A stretch of 64,000 nucleotides of DNA from Gammaproteobacteria bacterium (GTDB lineage: Bacteria; Pseudomonadota; Gammaproteobacteria; Eutrophobiales; Eutrophobiaceae). Under the pieces are notes generated by a model. It did not search any database and was not told the DNA's origin. It was given only the letters and a program-made list of their open reading frames with translations. Below are positions 29,125 to 37,999 of the stretch, one piece after another; the first letter of the stretch is position 1; each line of letters begins with the position of its first letter. A program made the translations under genes and the position numbers. The DNA is taken from the NCBI GenBank assembly GCA_021773235.1, contig JAJFKL010000043.1:14072-78071 (forward strand), read 5' to 3'.

Positions 29125-32100
29125 ATGTCTAAAAAAGAAAATAATCAGATGAAACCTCTTGCCATCGTAGGCATAGGTTGTCTCTTCCCTAAAGCAAATA
29201 ACGCCGAAGAATATTGGGCCAATATTCGAGAAGGCGTTGATGCGATTACAGATATTCCAGAATCACATTGGAAGCCTTCGGATTATTTTGACGAAGACAA
29301 ATCAGCACCAGACATGACCTACGGTAAACGCGGTGGTTTTATCAATGCGATGGATTTCAATCCACTGTTATACGGAATGAGTCCAAACAATATAGAAGCG
29401 ACAGACACGACTCAGTTACTCGGAATGATGGTCGCACGACAAGCTCTATTGGATGCGGGTTACTCAACAGGTAAGGATGCAGGCGATGGTCGTGAGTTCG
29501 ATCGTGATCGTACCAGTGTTATTCTCGGTATCACCGGTACTTTAGAATTAGTCATCCCATTAGGCGCAAGGCTCGGACACCCTATCTGGCGCAAAGCACT
29601 TGCCGATGCCGGCGTAGATCCTGAAACTACCGAAGATGTTGTCCAACGTATCGCTGATGGTTATGTGCCTTGGCAAGAAAATTCATTCCCGGGTTTATTA
29701 GGTAATGTTGCTGCAGGAAGAATAGCGAATCGTTTTGATCTTGGTGGTACTAACTGCGTGGTCGATGCAGCTTGTGCGAGTTCATTAAGTGCGGTTCATC
29801 TCGCAGCATTAGAACTCAGTGCTGGTCGTGTAGACATGGCCATAACCGGTGGTATGGATACATTCAACGATATCTTTATGTATATGTGTTTTAGTAAAAC
29901 ACCTGCATTATCACCAACGGGAAACAGTCGACCGTTTGCAAAAGAAGGAGACGGTACGATTCTTGGTGAAGGCTTGGGTGCCGTTATATTGAAACGATTA
30001 GAAGACGCTGAACGAGATGGCGATAAAGTCTATGCTGTTTTAAAAGGCATGGGTTCCTCTTCCGATGGCAAGGGTAATGCGATCTACGCACCCAGTGCAG
30101 AAGGACAAACCAAGGCGCTATGGAACGCGTATCGCGAAGCAGATGTTACGCCAAGAAGTATAGAGTTAGTTGAAGCACATGGTACCGGGACATCTGTCGG
30201 TGATGCAGTTGAAGCCAAGGCCTTGTCCGGTGTTTACAGTCAGGATAATGAAGATGAAACCTGGTGTGCCGTTGGTTCAGTAAAGTCGATGATAGGGCAT
30301 ACCAAGGCAGCAGCAGGTGTCGCCGGACTTATAAAAACGGCAATGGCATTAAAATATAAAGTCTTACCGCCAAGCATAAAGGTTGATGAGCCTTTAGAGA
30401 TTATTAATCCCGGAACGGCACCCATTTATCTTAACTCAGTAAAGCGCCCTTGGTTAAAAACACAAGCGACACCACGGCGTGCAGCGTTGAGTGCATTTGG
30501 TTTTGGTGGTAGTAATTTCCATTGCGTGTTGGAAGAAGCAGAAGAAACAAAGACAGAGATAGAATGGGACGGGCAAGTATTAATTATTGCACTCAGTGCC
30601 GATTCGAAAGCAGAATTAATAAATAGATTACCGGATGCTGCCATATTAGCTTCGCCAGAGCAGCTTCGATTCTTTGCCTATGATTCATGTCAATCATTTA
30701 AGGTTGATGCAGCTCATCGTTTAACCATTGTTGTTGATAAGACAAATACAGATGTCACAAAACACATTGCAGATGTTAAACAACAACTAAATGAATCATC
30801 TGAAACAACATGGCAAAGACCAAACGGAGTGATGTATAGCTCCGGTGAAACAGATAATAAAATTGCCTTTGTTTTTCCTGGACAGGGATCTCAATACGTA
30901 GGGATGTGTCGTGATCTGGCTTGTCAGTTTCCGCAATTCTCAGGGGCACTTGAAGAAGCAAACCATCTCTTTATTGAAGCGACAGGTAAACAAAGTCTAG
31001 CAGATGTCTTATATCCTATTCCTGTCTTTTCCAAGACGGATGAAAAAGAACAGGAAAGTACATTACGCCAAACACAGAATGCACAACCTGCAATTGGTGC
31101 GGTGAGTGTTGGTGTGTTAAATATATTAAATCATTTTTCTGTTGAACCAACGGCAGCGATTGGCCATAGCTATGGTGAACTTACCGCTCTTTCTGCAGCG
31201 GGAGTATACAATACAGAAACCTTACATCGTTTATCACGAATCCGTGGTGAACTCATGGCCGCAGGCGAGGGTGATCGAGGATCAATGTTGGCGGTGGTTG
31301 CGTCATATGAACAAGTCGAATCATTGCTCAAAGAAAATAATATAGAGCTGATTATTGCCAACCATAATTCGCCGAGTCAGGTTGTCCTTTCTGGCGCGAC
31401 AGATCAAGTTGAACGTTTTGCCAAGATCGCAAAAGTTGAAAAAATTCGTGCGATTAAACTACCCGTTGCAGCTGCCTTTCATAGCCCCTTTGTTGCTGAT
31501 GCAGCTAAACCCTTCGGGGAGGCGTTAGTGCCATTTAAATTTTCAACAAATAAATATCAGGTGCTTTCAAACACAACAACAGAAGCCTATCCAAAAGAAG
31601 CTGATGCAGCAAAGCAGCTACTAGCAAACCAGTTAGCAGCGCCGGTTCGGTTTGTTGAGCAAGTAGAAAGATTGTATGCGGAAGGGTTTAATACCTTTGT
31701 TGAAGTAGGACCAGGCAAAACATTGACGGGGCTCGTTGGTGCAATCCTGGCAGATAAAGATTTTACTGCTATTGCTGTAGACGCATCTGCAGGCAAGAAA
31801 CAAGGACAATATGACTTGGCTATGGCATTGGCCAGTCTCGCGACAAAGGGAGTTAATGTTGATCTAACAAAATGGGATGCACGATGTTCGGAGTTAGAAA
31901 GACCCGCAAAAGACGCCAAGCCAGCAATGACAGTATCGATCAGTGGTGCCAATGTAATGTTACCGCGAGAATCCAGATCACCAAGCAAACCCCGGCCACC
32001 CAGTAAACCAAAGAAGACCATTATCAATATGACGGATGAAGTAAAACAAATTCCACAAACGACTACTCCTGTTGTACCACAACAAAATAATGGCTTATTA

Positions 32101-35100
32101 CAAGCAACTCAGGAAAGTATTCTTGCCTTGCAAAAAATGCAGGAACAAACAGCGCGGTTACATCAGCAATATCTTGAAGGACAGGAAACAGCACAAAAAT
32201 CTATTCAGTCATTATTAGAACAACAACAACGATTGATGTCTGGGCAACCATTAGCTGCAGTACCTCAACAAGCAGCGCAACAGCCCACACAACAACAAAT
32301 AAAATTAAATGTCCCTGCTCAAGAAATAAGTGTTTCACCAGCACAGGTTGAAAAACCAATTGTTAAAGAAAGCGAAGAATCAAAACAAACAAGTTCTATA
32401 ACTACTGAACAATCAGATGTTGATATTAATAACCTGTTATTAAACGTGGTCTCAGAAAAAACCGGTTACCCACTAGAAATGCTAAGTCTCGATATGAGTC
32501 TGGATACAGATCTTGGTATTGATTCGATCAAACGCGTGGAAATTTTATCGGCACTGCAAGAAAAGTTACCCTGGTCGGCAGCAGTAAACCCGGAAGAATT
32601 AGGGACCTTTCAGTTCTTGCAACACATCGTTGAGTTTATTGTTGCTGGAAGACCTGCTCATGAAGCATCAACACAGATAGCGGTAGTAGTAGAGGCAAAA
32701 CAAGTTGTCGCAACCGATAGTAATTTTGAAAAAACACTATTGAATATAGTCGCAGAAAAAACGGGCTACCCGATCGAGATGTTGGATCTGGAAATGAATC
32801 TCGATAGCGATTTGGGGATTGACTCGATTAAGCGCGTAGAGATCTTGTCGGCATTGCAAGAAGCCATGCCAGAATTACCAGTGGTTAGTCCAGATGAATT
32901 GGGGCAGTTACAAACACTACGGTCAATAACAGAATTATTTGATTCAGAACAAACTGTAGCAACATCAGAACCATCTATACAGACTGCATCGTCAGCAACA
33001 ACTCAAAACAGTGGCTTTGCAGAAACATTATTAGAAGTTGTTGCAGATAAAACGGGTTATCCAACTGACATGTTAAGTCTAGATATGAATCTAGATAGTG
33101 ATTTGGGTATTGATTCAATTAAGCGAGTAGAAATACTCTCGGCCATACAAGAACGACTTCCTGAATTGCCTGCTGTAAGCCCAGATGAAATGGCCGCTTT
33201 GCAAACACTGCAATCTATCGTTGATGTATTTAATGTGGCTGACGTTGTTACATCGAGCGCACCGCAAAAAGCTGATTCAGACCTATCAGTAATTTTACTT
33301 GAGGTTGTTGCAGATAAAACAGGTTACCCCGCCGAGATGTTAAATCTGGAAATGAATCTGGATAGTGATTTAGGCATAGATTCTATCAAACGAGTTGAAA
33401 TCTTATCAGCATTGCAAGATAAAATGCCAAATCTCCCGGTAGTTGCCGCAGATGACCTTGCCGCCTTACAAACCCTGCAACAAATCATAGACTATATGAA
33501 TGAGCAAACGGGCGAGAAGGCCCCAGAAACGTATCAGGGACAACAGGTAGAAATAAGCAAGAGCAATGATGCCAAAGAATCAAGACTGGTTCGCAGTGTT
33601 GTACATACTACTCCTATCGAACATGCGGAGAAAAGAAAGACGATTGCATTTGATCAGGCTAAAGAGATTTGGTTAAGCAAAAACGGTGGTGCGTTAGCTA
33701 AGCAATTAGCAGAAGAATTAAAAAGCCATGGTTATAAGACACGACTCGTTGGCAAGAATGTAAAACCCAATGACAAGCAGGGTGCTTTAATTCTCTTTGC
33801 TGATAATAAGTCAGGTAAACAAGACCTGCTGGATGCTTTTACATTAATGCAAATATGCAGCGCATCGCTTAAAAAATCTAAAGGACTTCTGATTTCGATT
33901 ACTACACTGGGTGGTCGTTTTGGTTTCGATGGCAATATAAGCGGTAATGCTGAACAAGCAGGACTTTACGGGCTTATAAAAACAGCAGATAAGGAATGGG
34001 ATGACGTTAGTTGTAAATCAATTGATGCTGATTCAAGTACATTATCTATCCCCTTACTCTATGAAGAGGTCTTTCTTGAGGGTCCATTGGAAACAGCTCT
34101 GGTAGATGATGAGATTATCGAATTAACCTTACATGAAGAAGCATTTGGTGGACTTGAAACTGAACATACCCTGCTAAGTGAAAAAGATTTAATCGTCATA
34201 TCAGGTGGGGCACGTGGTGTAACAGCGGAGGTGGCAGTAAAAATTGCAGAGTCCTACCAATGTAATCTTTTATTGTTGGGTCGTAGTCCTGAACCGGAAG
34301 ACGAAGCAGAATGGTTGATGACATTAACTGATCCAGCAGCGATAAAAAAAGCAATTCTCGATAATTCAGATGAAAAGCTTAAACCGGCTGAATTGGAAAA
34401 GCGTTATCAATCGGTACTAGCCAATCGTGAGATAAGAAAGTCTTTACAACGCATTCAACAAACTGGCGCGAATGTTCAATACGCGTCAGTCGATGTTACT
34501 GATAATGACGCTGTTGCCAATGTAATTGATATGGCACGTATTGAGTTAGGTAATGTGACCGGCATAATCCATGCAGCCGGCGTTTTGGCAGATCGAATAA
34601 TTGAAGACAAGACGACTGAACAATTTAATTCGGTTTATTCTACTAAGGTCGATGGATTGCAAAGCTTACTCTCCGCAACACGAGATGATGAATTGAAACT
34701 AATGGTGTTGTTTTCATCGACCACGGCACGTCTGGGACGTAAGGGGCAGGTTGATTATGCCGCAGCGAATGAAGTACTGAATAAAATCGCGCAAACAGAA
34801 AATCAACAACGCAAAAACTGTAAGGTGCTGTCGGTTAACTGGGGTCCATGGGACGGTGGCATGGTAACACCTGCCTTGAAAAAACTATTCGCAGAAGAGG
34901 GCGTTGGTGTCATTGGTCTAAATGCTGGTGCAGATTATTTAATACAAGAGATAGAATCAACTGGTCCAGTTGAAACAGTTGTCCTCGGTGAAGCAGATAA
35001 TGTCCTTAAGAAAATACCATTAAATAATTCATTAGCCATAGAAGAACGTGGTGATTTAGCAATCGCCTTTGAGCGAGATCTATCTGTTAGTTCGTATGAC

Positions 35101-35907
35101 TTTCTAAATTCACATGTGATGAATGGTCAAGCGGTTCTACCTGTTGCGGTAATTGTTGAGTGGTTCGCTCATGGCGCATTGCATTTAAATCCGGGGATGC
35201 AATTTCATGGGTTTGATGATTTCCGTGTTTTAAAAGGAATTACCTTAAAGGCGAATGAAAATATTCATTTAAGAATTCTGGCAGGGACTATGGTACAGCA
35301 AGGCAATCTATCGCTGGTGCCTGTTGAGTTACGTTCGGATGAATTGTTACATGCTAGTGCCGTCATGGTATTGGTAGATGCTTATGAAAAAAATGCGTTA
35401 CCAAAATTGAAAGCAGTAAAAGGCACTTATCAATATCAACAAGGCGAGTATTATAAAAATGGACAACTATTCCATGGGCAACATCTACATGGCATACGAG
35501 AAGTAACACACTGTAGTGAAAAAGGTATTGTTGCCAATGTGAATTCTGCACCACCACCAACGGCATGGATGAAGCAACCAATTCGGTCCAGTTGGCTAAC
35601 CGATCCGCTAATATTGGATTCAGCATTTCAGATGATGATCTTATGGAGCTTTGAACAACAAGGGATTGGTTCATTACCGACTGCAATAGCACATTATCGT
35701 CAATTTCAACGCAGCTATCCAAAAGATGGTGCGAAGGTAATTGCTGATGTGATTGAGCAAACGAACCATCGTGCTAATGCATCAATCGAATTTCTTAATA
35801 GCAAAGGTACTTTAATTGCATTAATGGAAGGATACGAATGCGTGCGTGATAGTTCATTACAAACTGCATTTGGCGATAATGAACTGCTTGGCAAAGAAAA
35901 CGTATAG
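29125..35907 (+). CDS. pfaA: PfaA-like multidomain PUFA/PKS-type synthase (KS-AT-ACPx4-KR-DH)
   Basis: 2260 aa. KS active-site region DAACASSL and HGTGT. AT motif GHSYGE. Four tandem ACPs (DLGIDSIKRVEILSALQE x4, about 32440-33480). KR Rossmann ISGGARGVTAEV. PKS-type DH HxxxGxxxxP (HVMNGQAVLP). Confidence 0.9.
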   Translation: MSKKENNQMKPLAIVGIGCLFPKANNAEEYWANIREGVDAITDIPESHWKPSDYFDEDKSAPDMTYGKRGGFINAMDFNPLLYGMSPNNIEATDTTQLLGMMVARQALLDAGYSTGKDAGDGREFDRDRTSVILGITGTLELVIPLGARLGHPIWRKALADAGVDPETTEDVVQRIADGYVPWQENSFPGLLGNVAAGRIANRFDLGGTNCVVDAACASSLSAVHLAALELSAGRVDMAITGGMDTFNDIFMYMCFSKTPALSPTGNSRPFAKEGDGTILGEGLGAVILKRLEDAERDGDKVYAVLKGMGSSSDGKGNAIYAPSAEGQTKALWNAYREADVTPRSIELVEAHGTGTSVGDAVEAKALSGVYSQDNEDETWCAVGSVKSMIGHTKAAAGVAGLIKTAMALKYKVLPPSIKVDEPLEIINPGTAPIYLNSVKRPWLKTQATPRRAALSAFGFGGSNFHCVLEEAEETKTEIEWDGQVLIIALSADSKAELINRLPDAAILASPEQLRFFAYDSCQSFKVDAAHRLTIVVDKTNTDVTKHIADVKQQLNESSETTWQRPNGVMYSSGETDNKIAFVFPGQGSQYVGMCRDLACQFPQFSGALEEANHLFIEATGKQSLADVLYPIPVFSKTDEKEQESTLRQTQNAQPAIGAVSVGVLNILNHFSVEPTAAIGHSYGELTALSAAGVYNTETLHRLSRIRGELMAAGEGDRGSMLAVVASYEQVESLLKENNIELIIANHNSPSQVVLSGATDQVERFAKIAKVEKIRAIKLPVAAAFHSPFVADAAKPFGEALVPFKFSTNKYQVLSNTTTEAYPKEADAAKQLLANQLAAPVRFVEQVERLYAEGFNTFVEVGPGKTLTGLVGAILADKDFTAIAVDASAGKKQGQYDLAMALASLATKGVNVDLTKWDARCSELERPAKDAKPAMTVSISGANVMLPRESRSPSKPRPPSKPKKTIINMTDEVKQIPQTTTPVVPQQNNGLLQATQESILALQKMQEQTARLHQQYLEGQETAQKSIQSLLEQQQRLMSGQPLAAVPQQAAQQPTQQQIKLNVPAQEISVSPAQVEKPIVKESEESKQTSSITTEQSDVDINNLLLNVVSEKTGYPLEMLSLDMSLDTDLGIDSIKRVEILSALQEKLPWSAAVNPEELGTFQFLQHIVEFIVAGRPAHEASTQIAVVVEAKQVVATDSNFEKTLLNIVAEKTGYPIEMLDLEMNLDSDLGIDSIKRVEILSALQEAMPELPVVSPDELGQLQTLRSITELFDSEQTVATSEPSIQTASSATTQNSGFAETLLEVVADKTGYPTDMLSLDMNLDSDLGIDSIKRVEILSAIQERLPELPAVSPDEMAALQTLQSIVDVFNVADVVTSSAPQKADSDLSVILLEVVADKTGYPAEMLNLEMNLDSDLGIDSIKRVEILSALQDKMPNLPVVAADDLAALQTLQQIIDYMNEQTGEKAPETYQGQQVEISKSNDAKESRLVRSVVHTTPIEHAEKRKTIAFDQAKEIWLSKNGGALAKQLAEELKSHGYKTRLVGKNVKPNDKQGALILFADNKSGKQDLLDAFTLMQICSASLKKSKGLLISITTLGGRFGFDGNISGNAEQAGLYGLIKTADKEWDDVSCKSIDADSSTLSIPLLYEEVFLEGPLETALVDDEIIELTLHEEAFGGLETEHTLLSEKDLIVISGGARGVTAEVAVKIAESYQCNLLLLGRSPEPEDEAEWLMTLTDPAAIKKAILDNSDEKLKPAELEKRYQSVLANREIRKSLQRIQQTGANVQYASVDVTDNDAVANVIDMARIELGNVTGIIHAAGVLADRIIEDKTTEQFNSVYSTKVDGLQSLLSATRDDELKLMVLFSSTTARLGRKGQVDYAAANEVLNKIAQTENQQRKNCKVLSVNWGPWDGGMVTPALKKLFAEEGVGVIGLNAGADYLIQEIESTGPVETVVLGEADNVLKKIPLNNSLAIEERGDLAIAFERDLSVSSYDFLNSHVMNGQAVLPVAVIVEWFAHGALHLNPGMQFHGFDDFRVLKGITLKANENIHLRILAGTMVQQGNLSLVPVELRSDELLHASAVMVLVDAYEKNALPKLKAVKGTYQYQQGEYYKNGQLFHGQHLHGIREVTHCSEKGIVANVNSAPPPTAWMKQPIRSSWLTDPLILDSAFQMMILWSFEQQGIGSLPTAIAHYRQFQRSYPKDGAKVIADVIEQTNHRANASIEFLNSKGTLIALMEGYECVRDSSLQTAFGDNELLGKENV

Positions 35908-36019
35908 TTACAACATTCGTCTATTTCTTATTAAAAAAAGCTTTGTTTTAAAATCGGTAGGGGAGCTTGAAAGCTATTTCGCACTGCTTAGACTCATAAA
36001 CCGAGAATAGAATTTAATA

Positions 36020-37432
36020 ATGGTAAAACAAAATAAAGGATTAATTCGACCTTATAGCAGTTTAATGGCTGCGATATTTAGAGGTGCGGATATATTAATT
36101 GTTGGCGGTAGTCTTTGGGCGTTAACATGGTTCTTAAATATTCCTTGGAGTGATTTTTATACCATAGCGACATTCGCAGCTATGATCTTATTTATTTTGG
36201 TATCTGAAATTTCTGGCTTATATGGTTCATGGCGTTTTTCCTATTTGCAACAAGAGATATCACAAGTCTTTGTGACCTGGTTCTGGGTTGTCTTCGGATT
36301 GTTGATTTTGGCTTATGCAACCAAGACATCATCTATCTATTCAAGAAGAATACTACTGACGTGGATCTTTCTTACACCAATATTTTTGTCTTTTCTAAGG
36401 GTTTTCATACGAAAAATATTACATGAGATCCGAAACAGGGGAAGGAATACCCGGTCTGTTGCAATTATCGGCGCGGGTGACCAGGCGACTCAGGTAGCAA
36501 AAGAATTAGAACGGTTATCCTGGCTCGGCATAAATATAGTGGGTTACTTTGACGATGATTTCTCTGGTGGATACCGCCCTATTACCGGGGATAAAATAGA
36601 AGTCATTGGTAACACAATGGATGTTGTAAATCGTGCCAAAAATAATGAATTCGATATTATCTTTATCGCATTACCGATGTCGTATGAATCAACAATTAGT
36701 AGTCTTGTTGGGGAACTTTCAGATACCACAGCGATTACTTATATCGTTCCTGATTTATTTATTTCTGGTCTATTGCAGACCCGTTGGGGTTATATGGGAA
36801 ATATTCCATTTTTGAGCATTCATGACAGACCGTTTAATGATATTGATGGATGGGTAAAACGCGCTGAGGATATTATTCTCGCCAGCCTCATATTTGTATG
36901 TATATCCGTTCCTATGTTGATCATTGCGATGTTAATAAAACTCACTTCGACAGGTCCCGTAATCTTTAAACAAAAACGATATGGTCTTTCGGGCGATGAG
37001 ATACGCGTTTGGAAGTTTCGAACGATGCATGTTAAAGAAGACGGCGATCATATAAAACAAGCGGAAAAAAACGATGCACGTCTAACAAAACTCGGGAAGT
37101 TCTTAAGAAGAACATCACTCGATGAACTTCCACAATTCATTAATGTAATTCAAGGAAAGATGTCGATAGTCGGTCCAAGGCCGCATGCCGTTGCGCATAA
37201 CGAGCAATATAGAAAGGAAATCTTTGGCTATACATTACGTCACACGATCAAACCCGGTATCACCGGTTGGGCGCAGGTCAATGGCTGGCGTGGTGAGACC
37301 GACACCTTAGACAAAATGGAAAATCGAGTCGATCATGACCTTTGGTACATCAATAACTGGAGCCTGTTACTCGATTTCAAGATAATCTTCCTGACCATAA
37401 CCCGTGGTTTTGTTGGAGAAAATGCGTATTAA
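36020..37432 (+). CDS. polyprenyl-phosphate hexose-1-phosphate transferase (WbaP/WcaJ-like initiating sugar transferase)
   Basis: 470 aa. N-terminal TM helices, CoA-binding-like Rossmann segment (IIGAGDQATQVAKEL), C-terminal bacterial sugar transferase domain (DELPQFINVIQGKMSIVGPRP). Confidence 0.85.
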   Translation: MVKQNKGLIRPYSSLMAAIFRGADILIVGGSLWALTWFLNIPWSDFYTIATFAAMILFILVSEISGLYGSWRFSYLQQEISQVFVTWFWVVFGLLILAYATKTSSIYSRRILLTWIFLTPIFLSFLRVFIRKILHEIRNRGRNTRSVAIIGAGDQATQVAKELERLSWLGINIVGYFDDDFSGGYRPITGDKIEVIGNTMDVVNRAKNNEFDIIFIALPMSYESTISSLVGELSDTTAITYIVPDLFISGLLQTRWGYMGNIPFLSIHDRPFNDIDGWVKRAEDIILASLIFVCISVPMLIIAMLIKLTSTGPVIFKQKRYGLSGDEIRVWKFRTMHVKEDGDHIKQAEKNDARLTKLGKFLRRTSLDELPQFINVIQGKMSIVGPRPHAVAHNEQYRKEIFGYTLRHTIKPGITGWAQVNGWRGETDTLDKMENRVDHDLWYINNWSLLLDFKIIFLTITRGFVGENAY

Positions 37433-37560
37433 TTAATTAGTTGATGTTGCCTAATAGATGACATACATTTTTATCTCTGGACGGTAATGTATATGACTAT
37501 TCCCAATTGAACAGAAGCCCTCTTAATTATATAGCTTAATTGCTTAAGATATACTTCAAT

Positions 37561-37890
37561 GAAAAAGGCATTGTTGTTAATGTAAACTCAGCACCACCAT
37601 CGTCGGCTTGGATGAAATAACGTATGCTCTCTTATTAGACTCTTTCAGGTGATGATCTTGTGGAACGGTTGAGCAACTGGGGATTGGTTCATTACTCACT
37701 GTAATAGCGCCTTATTGCCAATAATATTGTAGCTAGCCGAAGGATGGTACAAAGGTTCTCTGATGTAATCGAACATTAAGACAATCGTGCTAATTCAACT
37801 ATTGAGTTGATAGATGATAAAGGGCAGTTAATCGCATTGATGAAGGGTGATGAATGTGTGCGTGATAGTTTGTTTCAGACTGCAGTTAAA
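37561..37890 (+). pseudogene. degenerate duplicate of the 3' end (DH-domain tail) of the PfaA-like gene
   Basis: About 70-75% nucleotide identity to 35518..35880. Translates to EKGIVVNVNSAPPSSAWMK*...HCNSALLPIIL*...IALMKGDECVRDSLFQTA versus the original EKGIVANVNSAPPPTAWMKQ...IALMEGYECVRDSSLQTA. Contains stops and indels. Confidence 0.7.
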
Positions 37891-37999
37891 GAATATAAAT
37901 TCAGTAATAGAAAATATTCTAATAGCTCTCACAATCTCTGTGTAAGGTAATGTTATAAAAAAGTTTAGAAATCAGTTTATTAATATGGAATATCAAAAG

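Noticed and set aside
32440-33480. ACP tandem repeats as recent nucleotide-level duplications or a CRISPR-like array
   Set aside because: The four about 290-bp repeats are protein-coding ACP domains that have diverged at synonymous sites. They are not direct DNA repeats with unique spacers.
30240-33935. Multiple 60-70-aa minus-strand ORFs inside the PfaA-like gene
   Set aside because: Antisense to a 2260-aa ORF with continuous domain homology. Frame artefacts.
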